A stretch of 64,000 nt of DNA from Octopus vulgaris (lineage: Eukaryota): contig OX597824.1 of the NCBI GenBank assembly GCA_951406725.2, positions 99,448,001 through 99,512,000 on the forward strand. Reading direction: 5' to 3'. The notes under the pieces are model-generated. The model was not told where the DNA came from. It made no database searches and saw only the letters and a list, made by a program, of their open reading frames with translations. The position numbers were made by a program, and so were the translations under genes. This document shows positions 27,901-39,265 of this stretch, one piece after another. The stretch's first letter is position 1, and every line of letters starts with the position of its first letter.

Positions 27901-29213
27901 TCACTCTCTATTATATCACTACTACAATGGCCATAGTCAGTGCATTCAGCCCTAACTTTACCCCCCACCACTGCTTTCCAAACTCCTTCTGTAATACTTC
28001 AACCCCCCCCCCCGCCCCCGGAAGTCTGTTACTTTGTCCATTTTCTAACCTGAAGTTAGTGAATCACTTCATCTGAGACGCCCTCCCACAACCCCCAGGA
28101 CATTGCAACATCTCCATGACCGCACAATGCTGTCACAGTTTTGTCATTGTCAGAAATATGACAAAGGCCTGCTCTATTCCTGCTCATGTAATGACTATGG
28201 CTTGTTAAAGAGAAACTTGTTATTCGAACTATTAAATACTGGACTACACACTTGGCCTTGTTTCATTTAGGTTTTACATCGGTTTTTCTATGCTGATATG
28301 CTTTAGATGAATAGATGTTACTGAGGTACTGTTGGACAGCCAGATGCCCTTGTGCGCTTGAGCATTTCCATTTTTTCAATATAGGATTCAATACTGGGGG
28401 GTGGGTGGTGATATAAGTTATTTCTGGTGTTGTAAACATCATAAATATTCAAAGCTAATGTTTAATTATTTAAATATGTAACCACCACCCTTTTCTCATT
28501 TAATTATTTATGAATATTTTTATAAACATTCTCTACAATAATCTATTTTTTACAGTGACAGCAAGCAATGGTGAAAGTTATATCTCCCAAGATGAAACCT
28601 AATAAAAAGCCAAACATTCCCTCTTTCAGTAAACCCATACTGTTTTAACTAATTACAATATCTAATTCTAGTCTGATTATTTCTCAAATCGGAAACATTG
28701 AAACTATTCAAACACACTGTTTTAAATACCTTGAACAATTTACTTACACACATTTACATTAAAGTTCAAATCTTGTGCTTTTTACTTCTTCAGAGTTGAT
28801 AAAATAAGTACCAGTTGTGCAATGGGGTAAATTTAATCACCAATTTCTGTTTACAGTTTTTGGCCTTGTACCTGTGACAGAAGGCAACATCAGAAGCTGG
28901 GGTACCACTGTTGCTGCCACCATCGCCGTAAGTGGAGGTTGGATAGGTTTGTACCAATACCTCCTCATGTATCTCTTTTCTGTTGTAAAATGCAACAGTC
29001 CCAACTCGTCGCAAACATCCCTTCTCATCCACATCACCACACATGCCAACAAACTTCACTGTTGTAATCTTTAGGACTTACTTTTAAATCAGGAATTTGG
29101 AATTTATAGTTTGTAGAGAGGTTGTTCTGTCTTGCTGTTAGATTGTTCAAACTCTCCCATGTCTGCGCACAAGTCTTGTCCCCTGGTGCTGAGATCAACC
29201 AAAATTCATACAT
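6170..29213 (-). CDS. ATP6V1C1: V-type proton ATPase subunit C, spliced CDS of 12 exons: 29213-29082, 27821-27754, 24396-24311, 22970-22876, 20204-20113, 19879-19781, 19423-19355, 17709-17617, 15466-15373, 11684-11587, 9982-9856, 6274-6170 (1158 nt, 385 aa)
   Basis: Manual splicing gives [15 protein letters not shown]...[26 protein letters not shown]...[15 protein letters not shown]...[24 protein letters not shown]...[44 protein letters not shown]...[20 protein letters not shown]. All introns are GT-AG, phases are compatible and there are no internal stops. Invertebrate co-orthologue of ATP6V1C1/C2 (Vha44, VMA5). Confidence 0.97.
6440..7178 (+). mobile_element. degenerate RTE-clade LINE fragment
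   Basis: Eroded RT motifs ([16 protein letters not shown]); the same family recurs at several places in the window. Confidence 0.6.
7179..9717 (-). mobile_element. relic Penelope-like element bounded by direct ~100-bp repeats (7179-7302 and 9618-9717), interrupted by SINEs
   Basis: The direct repeat is read directly. The minus strand of 7300-7900 shows eroded traces resembling the PLE linker and GIY-YIG region. Confidence 0.45.
8815..9135 (-). mobile_element. abundant SINE with (GAT)n tail
   Basis: Shares GGATGCCCTTCCT..GCCAACC..GAGTGTAGTGGGTGC with copies near 20740, 21975, 24490, 36915, 42620, 50125 and 63700. Confidence 0.8.
9856..9982 (-). CDS. ATP6V1C1: V-ATPase C coding exon 11
   Basis: (R)[42 protein letters not shown]; attcag / GTAAGC. 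Confidence 0.96.
11587..11684 (-). CDS. ATP6V1C1: V-ATPase C coding exon 10
   Basis: [32 protein letters not shown]; tattag / GTTTGT. Confidence 0.96.
11720..13300 (+). mobile_element. highly degenerate RTE-clade LINE fragments
   Basis: Eroded endonuclease/RT traces ([15 protein letters not shown]). Confidence 0.5.
13331..13565. mobile_element. MITE-like element with ~65-bp imperfect terminal inverted repeats
   Basis: AAAGACTTTCGCTGCAGTAACTGTTTTGGAAGGGAAATTCTCCTTAAAGACAGTG matches the reverse complement of 13501-13555. Confidence 0.65.
13579..14422 (+). mobile_element. non-autonomous Helitron
   Basis: Starts TC after A, ends CTAG before T, GC hairpin CCCGGGCAACGCCGGG at 14395-14410, (GTCT)n near the 5' end, no TSD. 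Confidence 0.85.
15373..15466 (-). CDS. ATP6V1C1: V-ATPase C coding exon 9
   Basis: (K)[31 protein letters not shown]; ttgcag / GTAAGC. Confidence 0.96.
16780..17560 (-). mobile_element. degenerate LINE RT fragment (CR1/L2/Jockey group)
   Basis: [21 protein letters not shown] and [20 protein letters not shown] resemble the PIPK-G----NYRPISL region of LINE RTs. Confidence 0.55.
17617..17709 (-). CDS. ATP6V1C1: V-ATPase C coding exon 8
   Basis: (K)[30 protein letters not shown]; ttgtag / GTAAGA. Confidence 0.95.
19355..19423 (-). CDS. ATP6V1C1: V-ATPase C coding exon 7
   Basis: (K)[22 protein letters not shown]; cttcag / GTATGT. Confidence 0.96.
19781..19879 (-). CDS. ATP6V1C1: V-ATPase C coding exon 6
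   Basis: (T)[32 protein letters not shown]; tttcag / GTAAGA. Confidence 0.96.
20113..20204 (-). CDS. ATP6V1C1: V-ATPase C coding exon 5
   Basis: [30 protein letters not shown]; tttccag / GTAAGT. Confidence 0.96.
20545..21000. mobile_element. two adjacent SINEs: Nin-like (minus, 20545-20735) and (GAT)n-tailed (plus, 20740-21000)
   Basis: Similarity to other copies in the window. Confidence 0.8.
22876..22970 (-). CDS. ATP6V1C1: V-ATPase C coding exon 4
   Basis: (V)[31 protein letters not shown]; tttacag / GTAATT. Confidence 0.96.
23375..23700 (-). mobile_element. tRNA-derived SINE
   Basis: Minus-strand head CTCAGTGGTTAGA...GAGTTCGATTCC and CTTGAGCAAGACACTT core. Confidence 0.8.
24311..24396 (-). 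CDS. ATP6V1C1: V-ATPase C coding exon 3
   Basis: (R)[28 protein letters not shown]; ttgcag / GTAAGA. Confidence 0.95.
24794..25006. mobile_element. piggyBac-type MITE
   Basis: Ends TTAAACCTTTAGCATT...AATACTAAAGGGTTAG are degenerate TTAACCCTTT TIRs. Confidence 0.65.
26015..27330. mobile_element. unclassified ~1.3-kb insertion, possibly a DNA-transposon derivative, splitting an RTE fragment
   Basis: RTE-like coding traces stop at ~26010 (RLERNEA) and resume at ~27340 ([10 protein letters not shown]); no clear TIRs seen. Confidence 0.35.
27754..27821 (-). CDS. ATP6V1C1: V-ATPase C coding exon 2
   Basis: [22 protein letters not shown]; ttcttctag / GTGAGT. Confidence 0.96.
29082..29213 (-). CDS. 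ATP6V1C1: V-ATPase C coding exon 1 (exon begins 29228; ATG at 29213)
   Basis: [44 protein letters not shown]; acceptor tttttctctag, donor GTAAGT. Confidence 0.96.
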
Positions 29214-29614
29214 GATTCACTGCGTGTTCTAGAGAAAAACAAAACAAAAAAAAAACAAGAGACAATGAAATATTTGACAAAAAGAGAAAACAAAATATTT
29301 CAACAAAAGAGTGAAAATCAAAAGAAAATCTTTGATGTTTTAAAATTTATTTTTCCAAAGTAACGCGAGAGAATGATTTTCATACTTAAGGATTATAACA
29401 TATGAAGTCTTCAAGCAGATATTTCACTGTCAGAAGCCCTTCCTGGTCTCAACTACTCAAACTTGAAACAATAAACTGAGAAAAGGGTAACAAACTAAGT
29501 CAACCTTAGAAATAGCAAAATGTCCCACTTATGGATACAATATATAGTACTTGTAATCATACTTGAACTAGAGATCCTTGGGTCAGTAGTTAAGTCCTTG
29601 ACAACCTTAAACTG

Positions 29615-29998
29615 CTGTTACTCATTTGCTTGTTTCAGTCATTTGACTGTGGCCATGCTGGAGCACCACCTTTAGTCAAGCAAATCAACCCCAGGACTTA
29701 TTCTTTGTAAGCCTAGTACTTATTCCATCGGTCTCTTTTGCCGAACTGCTAAGTTACGGTGATGTAAACACACCAGCATCGGTTGTCAAGCGATGCTGGG
29801 GGGACAGACACAGACACACAAACATATATATATACAACGGGCTTCTTTCAGTTTCCGTCTACCAAATCCACTTACAAGGCTTTGGTCAACCTGAGGCTAT
29901 AGTAGAAGACAACTTGCCCAAGGTGCCACGCAGTGGGACTGAACCCGGAACCATGTGGTTCGTAAACAAGCTACTTACCACACAGCCACTCCTACGCC
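29615..29998 (-). mobile_element. tRNA-derived SINE (CORE-like)
   Basis: Minus-strand head GTGGCTGTGTGGTAAG...GGTTCAGTCCCACTGCGTGGCACCTTGGGCAAG; relatives at 25285-25530 and 60860-61200. Confidence 0.8.
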
Positions 29999-30120
29999 TA
30001 TATGCTGTTATGGCTGAGTTTTTCACATTGCTAAGTGAACAAATCTATTGTGTGATTACTTGTGATTGCATCACCTGTTGAAAGCGTTCGTGTCAGATTT
30101 ATATGTTTATCCTTTACTGG

Positions 30121-30178
30121 TATTAATGGATGCCAATAGTAAGGGTCTTTATTAATGGATGCCAATAGTAAGGGTCTT
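30121..30178 (+). repeat. perfect 29-bp tandem duplication
   Basis: TATTAATGGATGCCAATAGTAAGGGTCTT x2. Confidence 0.9.
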
Positions 30179-30649
30179 ATAGTAGCAACTGTGTCCTTTC
30201 AAAAGAAAATGCATGGTTCCTTAGAAATAACAGACAGACGACGATGATGATGATGAAAGTGGAGAGAATACAATCTGCCCAGACATGTGCCACATACAAT
30301 TAGCTCTTGCATCTAATAATATACAATTTGGTCCTCAACCAGATGCAGGCGTGGCATATCTGGGTCTGTGGGTCATCCTTAGTCATTTATCTGACTCTAT
30401 ATGATGCAGAGGTTTGACCTGAGCTTACTTAGAAAAACTGCTATCAATGCCCTCAAACACAACATTCAAAACCATGCCAGGTTACAGAGCAGCCATCATT
30501 AAGGAAATAATTTGTTGTGTTGCCCCACCAACCTAGAGAAAATGTGATAGTATAAAGAGCAGCCACTGTTGGTTCCCTAATTTGGATGAGATGTGATGGT
30601 AGAAGAAACGGCCACTTATGAAGGCAGAGGCTAAAAATAAGCACTATGA

Positions 30650-30855
30650 GAACTGTTAGCACACCAGGCGAAATGCTAGATGCCATTCTGTCCATCTTTA
30701 CATTCTGAGTTCAAATCCTGCCGAGGTCAACTTTGCCTTTCATCATTTTGGAGTTGATAAATTAAGTCCCAGTGAAACACTGGGGTCAACGTAATCAACC
30801 AGTCCCCTCTCACAAAATTTCAGGCCTTGTGCCTTTAATAGAAAGGATTATTATA
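30650..30855 (+). mobile_element. Nin-like SINE
   Basis: GAGTTCAAATCCTGCCGAGGTCAACTTTGCCTTTCATC. Confidence 0.8.
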
Positions 30856-31849
30856 ACAGGGTTGGTGACCATGCTGACTGTGATGGTGGTGGTGGACACT
30901 TTTCTATTTTCTAATTTAATTTAAATATAATTCAACAGATAAACCCATTCTTATATATTTTATTAACGACAAAGTGTTGACCTTGAAAACAGGTGAAACT
31001 ATGACATCATCATCATCATCATGGTCTGTAGCTACAGATGTTACCTTGTATAAAATTTTAACTAGAAAAAAAACAAACAGTGTTAGTTCTGCCATTGTGA
31101 CAATATATGGAATTTTAAAATATTGCAAATAAAATCCTTTGATTTGTAATGTTTCTATTCATCTTTCAGACTGTTAGGTTTTATTTTAAAGCCTTAACAG
31201 AAATTTGAATATATTCAAATTTGTAAGTATTTGGGCAAAACAGACTTGGGCAAACTTTTGTTTTGTTGAATATTTACAAACTCTAACATGGAATGTCCAT
31301 TGAATTGCAATAATAATAGACAGATGGCAGGGCTATTTAGAGCTGCCTGTTGAATAAACAAATGTTCCTTCATTGTATTTTCAGTTAATTTAGTCCGAGA
31401 AGAAAGTTGGTAAGATATGGAGACAATGAAAGAGTAAAGTGAACCACAAACCATTGTTTAGTGTCAACAACAACTTGGTATTCTCTGAGGAAACATTAAA
31501 ATATTTACTTCAAAGACAATTTTGAGAAATGACCCCCCACGAGGTGAGGTGTTTGCTGCAGTGATACTTACCCATTTAGTCTGGGGTGTACAACCCTTTA
31601 CCCCACTTACCCACCCACATCTTCTGCTGCTTTATTCCACCCCCACTTTTTATTTCTTGGTGAGGTGGTTATGAGGGAATTTTTCTTGATAATTTGATAT
31701 TTTATACTTTTAATGTTTTTTCTTTCTTTTCTTCCTGTAAAAAATATGTTTTAAGGGAAAAGTAAAAGATACATGTAGCAGATTTTAGTTGACTATCATA
31801 GCCAAGTTTGTATTGGAAGTGGGTTTTACAGACATTGTCAGCAGTCTAT

Positions 31850-33332
31850 GAAGAATGAACCTCTCAGAAGACTGCGAGGAACAAGTATTACAGGAGAGTA
31901 AGGCTCATACCAAAAATTGAACTCGGCTCCAAAAATCGCATCGAAGCCATTAACACCCTGGCACTTGCAATAGTCCAATATAACTTTAACATCATTAACT
32001 GGAATCTTACAGAGTTCCAATGCCTGGATAGGAAGACAAGAAAACTACTAACATCTAAGAACATGCACCACTCAAAAGCAGACGCTGACCGTCTGTACCT
32101 ACCTAGAAGTAATGGGGGAAGAGGAATAATAAAAGTAGAACTGTGCTATAAGACCTCTACAATAGCAATGAACAGGTACTTGTTCAGTACAGGTGACTGG
32201 ATGCTGCGGCTTGTGTGCAAACATGAAAACAGCAAAAAATCACATTTTATTGTCAAGGAAGCTTGGAAATTCACAAGGGAACTTGGCATTAACCCTGAAT
32301 TAGACGGAGAACCTGAAACCACTGCAACCAAACAAGCAAAACAGATCAAACAGAATGCAAAAAAGAACAGGCAGAAAGAAACTGATGAGCAGTGGAGCCA
32401 GAAGCGTCTGCATGGACGGGATATGGACTTTGAAGGTGAAATGTTGATGTAGACCAAGCAACAGCCCATCAGTGGCCAAGAAGTTCAGGAAGAGACTAAA
32501 GATTTCATATTGGTGGCACAAAATCAAAGCTTGCTTACCAAAAACTACCTGGCTAATGTTCTTCAAAATGGTTCTGACCCTAAATACAGATTCTGCGATC
32601 AATTTGATGAAACAATAGACCATCTCATCTCAGGATGTCCTGTGCTGATACCAAATAAATATAAAAATCCCCATGATAGGGTAGGACAGTATTTACATTG
32701 GAAAATATGTAAACACGACAAAATCAGCACTCCTGCTTACTGGTATGAACATCATCCTGGGCCAATCATTGAAGGTAGAAATGTCACTATCCTCTGGGAT
32801 TTTCCAGTTAACACCGACAGAATGATCCTGGTTAATCGACTAGACATAATTATTAAAGATAGGGAAGAAAATATTTATACGCTAATAGATGTAAGTGTTC
32901 CACTGATAAAAATATGTAAAGGAATTTGACAAATTAAGTAAATATAAGGACCTGGAAATTGAAATACAAAAGATGTGGCATCTTAAAGCAAGAACTGTTC
33001 CTGTTATTGTGGGTACCATAGGTATGATAAAAAATGGGATGTCAGAAACATCTAGATAAGATCCCAAGAGAGCCATATCTCAGAGAAATCCAAAAGATTG
33101 TGTTAGCAAGTATTGCCCACATCCTTAGAAAAACCCTATCCACTTGAATGTCTGTGTTGTATTACATGAAAATATTTGGCTACTGTTCCTGCCACTTGCC
33201 CTCCACAGGCTTTCAGTCATGCTGTAACATCTCTTATCCTTCACTTGCCTTAAGATGCTGGGTGTGTCTCAGCAAGTGATTGTAGCAAATATGCAGATTA
33301 AAAGTAAATAATAATAATAATAATAATAATAA
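31850..33332 (+). mobile_element. 5'-truncated R4/Dong-clade non-LTR retrotransposon (RT thumb, zinc knuckle, RLE endonuclease) with (TAA)n tail
   Basis: HHSKADADRLYLPRSNGGRG, ETIDHLISGCP, HDRVGQYLHW, ILWDFPVNTDR..NRLDII..IDVSVP; frameshifted. Confidence 0.88.
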
Positions 33333-33548
33333 TCCTTTCTACTGAAGGCACAAGGCTTGAAATTTGGAGGAAGGAGACTAATCAATTAAATTGGCCCCAG
33401 TGTTTCAATGGTATTTAATTTATTGACCCCAAAAAGATGAAATCAAAGTCAACTTCAGTGGGATTTGAACTCAGAGCATGGAGATAGATGAAATAAGGTT
33501 AAGCATTTCACCAGGTGTGTTAATGATTCTGTCAGATCGCTGCCTTTA
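33333..33548 (-). mobile_element. Nin-like SINE
   Basis: Reverse complement of the 30650 family, flanked by (TAA)n. Confidence 0.75.
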
Positions 33549-34239
33549 TAATAATAATAATAATAATAATAATAAAGATAATGGTTGTAGTGGTGGGAAT
33601 GAATCTGTAAAAGTCCAATAACATTCTTCACCACACAAGCACCTTAACTATACTAGCAGAGTCTAGAAGAAGGAAAAGGGAAGGAGGTGAATGAGTTTTA
33701 AAAAGAAGACAGCAGATGTAGACCTTCATAGCAGCTACATATATCATCATCATCATCATTTAACATCCATTTTTCCATGTAAACTTTTCTACAACTGGAT
33801 GCTCTTCCTGTTGCCAACCCTCACCAGCCTTTATATATATATATATATATATATAGTGCTAAAAGTCGTGTACCGATATTGAATATTGAGAAAAGAGGTC
33901 ACCGGTCACCAGAATTTTGCAAAAAGAATTTATGTATAGAGTAGCTTATATATATATATATATATAAAATGCAAATAATTAGAAAATGGAGAAAAACATA
34001 GGTTAACTAGTACATCGATACGACTACATTTAAAGCTTGTTTATTGATACAACGCAAGACATAACAAAGCTAACAGCTGTTTCTGATCAGATTGCCAGAA
34101 TGCAGTCTGTACATAAATGTGAGAATAAAATTCTTCATCTTCATAGGGTATTCGAGTTAAAGCAAGTGATTTTCATTAGAGTGACAAACCAGAGCATACG
34201 ATGCCACTCAGCTGCCATCACTAGTTTCCAATGTTCATT

Positions 34240-36160
34240 TCTGCATAATTGGTTGGGTCTTCTCTAGTACTGCATGGCACCAACTGAAATGATCCATTGT
34301 CCTCTCCTTCATATGATGCAACAGCTTTAGATTAATTTTCATCACAAGTTTCTCTCGGTTCCACACCTCCATAGGTTCTATCTACATTAAGTGATTGGCA
34401 CATCCTTATAAAGCTGAAATCCTCCTTCAGCATCACATGGCCAGTACAATCTTCTCTCTAGCACATTATGCCGCATTCTTCTTATCTCCAGTTTGTTTCT
34501 CTCTCAGTTCATGCACACAAACACTATACATGCTGCAGAGCAGACTCCCTTCAATTCTTTCTTGCTTTTTCAAATCCTCTGCATTCAATGTCCACACCTT
34601 ACTTAAGCAGCATTACACTTTGTACACAAGCATCTTACAATCTGCTCTTCACTCTGAAGGAGAAACCCTTTTTTTGCTAGCAGAGGCAATAGTTCTCTGA
34701 ATGTTACCCAGCTTCTTACTCTGGTTTCTAGACTTTCAGAACACCCACTCTCACTGCCAATTAGGTCACCTTCAAAAGAAAAGCTCGCAAATACTACAGA
34801 TCCATTCAGAATTGAGAGAATCTAATTTTCATTCGTTCTGATTGCTTATTGTCCCTTTGCATCTGCTGTTGTGAAGTTGACCTTGTCTATGAGAATCCCT
34901 GCACTTCTGTTACACTTCTTGTGTGTTCATAGTTTAACTTAGGTAAATCATAATGAAATTTCTACCAACTCCTTTTCATAAGAACCAGACCACCAGCACA
35001 CAGGAATTTCCATAGACAACCAACTAAAACATTTCTATTAAGGCCTAGAGGATTATAAGGAATAGGAGGGAGCTGAAGGGTGAGCCCTTATTTCTTTATT
35101 GCCCACAAGGGGCTAAACATAGAGGGGACAAACAAAGGGATTAAGTTGATTAGATCGACCCCAGTGCGTAACTGGTACATAATTTATCGACCCCGAAAGG
35201 ATGAAAGGCAAAGTCGACCTTGGCGGAATTTGAACTCAGAACGTAACAGCAGACGAAATACTGTTAAGAATTTCGCCCAGCGTGCTGACATTTCTGCCAG
35301 CTCGCCGCCTTAAGGACCCTCAACCTTCGTGCTAAATTCATCCCTGTCCTCATTGCTGACTCTCAACTTGCTGAATGCATCATTGTACATGACTTGTACC
35401 ATCATTCTTTCACCTCAGTAACCACCAGATTACAAACTATAAAACCTTGTCAAAAGTCTTCTTTAGATCAAAAAATGCCAGCTACAGTGGCTTACTCCGA
35501 GCTAAGTACTTCTGCACTTCTTCCTGGTACAAACTAAACTGTTTTCCATCCCAATTAACCCTCTTCTCATTCAATTAAGCGGTAAGACTTTCTGTAACTT
35601 CTTTTCCATAAATTAGTCCAGCAGATTGGTACCTCTGTAGCTTCCTCTTTCTGGTGCACCTTCTTTGACTTTGTAGCAAGTGATGCTGCCAAGCCAATAT
35701 AATCCCTTCCTGCACTACCTGATTGACTTTGCATATGATTAATCCTATAATCAACTCTACCAGATATTTTATGCATCTCAGCAGTAATTCTTGATAGACC
35801 AAATGCCATCGCTGCGTTCATATCCTTAATTGCTGTATCTACCATACAGTTGTCAACATGAATGTGATGGCCAGTTGAATCTACCTTGGCAAAAAAAACC
35901 TTTCTCCTATGCACTTTCTCATAATAACACTTCCATGGTTCTTTTCAATGTCAAGAAATACAAGTGTGCCATTATTATTCTTTATAAACTTCTCAGGGAT
36001 GTCATGATGTTTTTTCACACTCAGCCTTGCAATCCAAGTTACCTCACACTTCTGATCCTCATATTGTAGGACACTGGCTAAGTCTACTTAATATCTAAGT
36101 TCTCTTCTTATGTGACACGACTCCCTTTTCTTCCAGTCTTCTCTTTGCCTTCATCGTGGT
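34240..36160 (-). mobile_element. degenerate RTE-clade LINE with a nested SINE (35091-35312)
   Basis: VDTAIKDM...GITAEM.KIS and QGS-like motifs; the SINE is flanked by a CCTTA repeat. Confidence 0.65.
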
Positions 36161-36184
36161 AAACACTTGGTAAACACCCACTTG

Positions 36185-36514
36185 GTAAACACCCACAAAG
36201 TTATCAACCACCCCACCAACAACAACACTGAACACCTTTTTGATCTCCATGTGTCTAACACACGTGGACATGCCTACAAAGTCAGAAAACAATACAGCTC
36301 CCATGACTTTCGGAAACATTTTTTCACGCTCAGAGTTGCTGAAGCATGGAATAAACTGCCTGCGTCAGTTGTTGACTGCCATGACACTGCATCTTTTAAG
36401 GCCCTCATGCTTTCCGAAATCCGCCGAAACTTCACCTGATTATATATACACTTTAGATGAGTTGTAGTGCACCTGAGCACTGTACACAATTATTATTATT
36501 ATTATTATTATTAT
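36185..36514 (+). mobile_element. short CR1 3' fragment, related to 976-1890
   Basis: NTHKVINH...NTRGHAYKVRKQYSSHDFRKHFFTLRVAEAWNKLP and a (TTA)n tail. Confidence 0.88.
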
Positions 36515-37869
36515 TTTTATCGTTCTTTCTACAGAATTATTCCACCCTTATTTTTCGGTTTGAACTTTGCACCAAACACAGATTTGGTACGCCACCTTCT
36601 GGAGGTTGTTCTGTACTAACTTCCAGTTGTCCTCTCTGTTAGAAACTTCTATTTTCTCACTTGCAACAAGTAATGCATCTCTGAACTAAATGCTGTCTGA
36701 TATTTCTTTCTACTTCCACACCCTCCATCACTCCTCATTTGTGTGCACCATAACAAAACCCCTTGTAATGTTGAGCATGTCTATTAAAATCACCTGCCTC
36801 AATGATGAGGAGGCTGTCATTCATACTGGAAAAAGGTTTTAGTCTTCCTGTTCCTGTACCAGCCCTGGATATAGTATGAGCACAAAAATATCACCACCAT
36901 CCTCCTCCTTTTAATATATTTTCCATGATGGCATGGGTTGGATGCTTTGACAGGATCTAATGAGTCACACCATTGTGTTGAGCTCCAGTGTTTTGGCAAT
37001 GCTTCCACAACTGGATGCCCTTCCTAATGCCAACCATCTGACAGTGCACACTGGGTGCACTTTTTATGGTACCAGCAATAGTGAGGTCCCCATGCAGTTC
37101 CCCTTTGACTGAGTAGGGTTACAACAGAGAGGGATGTGACCTCATGCTTGGAAATAAGGAGTTAGGACCAGAACAGAAATGAGGAAAATGGACCAGAACA
37201 AGTTTCTTGTCATGGGGGAGACACATGGGGGTTACTCATATTATAAAAGATAGGATAGTAGTAACTGGGGTGGAACTGGAAACAGAGATAAAATAGTTGT
37301 GATGAGGGGTTAAGGTGGGTGGAGGTTGTAATGTGGGTGGGGAGAGTGAGGGTTAGGGTTAGCAAAGGTGAATGGGGTGAATACAATGAACAAGGGTTGA
37401 GGGGTAGTTGATGATAAATAGACAGAATAATAATAATAATATAGTAGATAGGAGATGGATGAAAGTGAGGTAAATGATATGGGGATGGATAGGTTGCACA
37501 AGTGAGAAGAGAGATTGGCATAGTGTATGGGGTAAGTGATAGATGTATGGTAGTTGAGAAGGAGAGGTAATTTGATGGCATAGAAGGGTGATCAATGTAA
37601 AATGTGAGTGGAGAGGGATAGTATTAAAAAGTAAGGATGAATATCATGTGAAATGATTCCAGGTAATGAGAAAGATAAGTGATATTACAGAAAAGGCTGA
37701 TGAAATAAGCAGTTCTGCTCTTATTTAATTACAGCTGCAGAATAATACAGTTAGGCAGGTGATTGGTTGGGGGAGGCTTGGAAATCAGGTGAGGGACCCA
37801 GTTATGTGTGTATGTACACAACAACAATTAAAATAACATTAATGATTTGAGAATCTCAGTATTATTGAG

Positions 37870-39265
37870 ATAGGCACATTGTGAGCACTGCATATTCCCA
37901 GTCATTCTGGCCCCTTGTCCCTTTATCCATGAAGTTCAAAGTCCTCAGGTCAGCCTTTGCCACGTCATCTTGTATCTTCCTGAGTCACCCTCTTCCACAA
38001 GCTTTATCCACATTAAACGATTGGCACTTCTTTACACTGCTGTCCTCATGTATCACATGTCCACATGCCTTTTATGCTTTTCTTTCAACTTTGTTGTATA
38101 TGTTTTTTGTCATACATGTACACTGATGTTGGACATCCAGTGGAACACGCTGGCTTCATTTCTTTTCAGTCTTTACAATCCTCTGTATTTAGGGCCCACT
38201 TCTCATAACTAAACAGTGAAATTGGTCCCTAAATGTACACAAGCATCATAAAATCTGCCTTTCACTCTGAGAGAGACCTTTTGCTACCAACAGAGGTAAT
38301 AGCTTTCAGAACTTTTTCCAACCAGTTTGTATTCTAGCAACCATACTTTCAGAACATCGCCTTCCATAGCTAATTAGGTCAGCTAGATAACAAAAACTAT
38401 CAACTATCTTTAGAAATCCTTGCAGACATCTGAGAAAGTCTATTTCCAATGTGCTCTTGGTGTTTATTGCTCCTCTGCATCTGCCACATACAAACACTGC
38501 TTTCTCTATTAATCTTCCTGCCATAATACTGCACTTCTTATGAGTCCATAATTTGAACTGGGTTTATCATAGAATTTCTACTTATTCCTTCTCTACAAAT
38601 CAAGCAGAGCCTTTTACCTGACAGAAGCAGAGGGCTGTCTGCTTTCCTGTTTTATTAAAACTTTGATCTTTGCTAAGTTAACTTTATGGCCCCTTTGATT
38701 CCAGGTTTCACTTTTTTCCCTAATTATTGTTTTTTCTAATTATACCAGAGGTTCAACTAAAAGAACAAGTTAATCAGCATAAAGGCGTTCTCATGGACAG
38801 CCCTTAAACTTCTCTGTTATGGCATGAAGGACCATGATGAAGATGAAGGGACAGGAAACCAAACCAGAAAGAACTCCCTGTACATTACTCATTGTGCTTG
38901 CTTATTCTAACTTTATCTGACAGTGTCTCTGTACATGGATTGTATGGCTCACAAGCTATTTGTCTAACCCTAACTTCCTCAGTGGCCACCAGATCATAGA
39001 ATGAGGGATCCTGTTGAAAGCTTTCTCCAGGTCAATAAATGCTAAGCACAGCAGCTTTTAGCTAAATACTTCTCCTGTAGTTGCCCACCAGCACGAAAGC
39101 AGCAGTAACATGTCTCCCCAGCCACAAAACTAAACTGCACATCTCGTCTAATCTCTTCCTAATTAATTGACTACAACTCTTTTAGAACTTTCATTCACCT
39201 GGTCCAACAGTTGCCTACTTCTCAAAGACATATCTTTTACCCTTACAACAGTTGACTAGGATGGT
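37870..39265 (-). mobile_element. degenerate RTE-clade LINE
   Basis: FVCGRCRGAI...VDSFCYLADLI...ARIQTGWKKF; LAFIDLEKAF. Confidence 0.7.
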
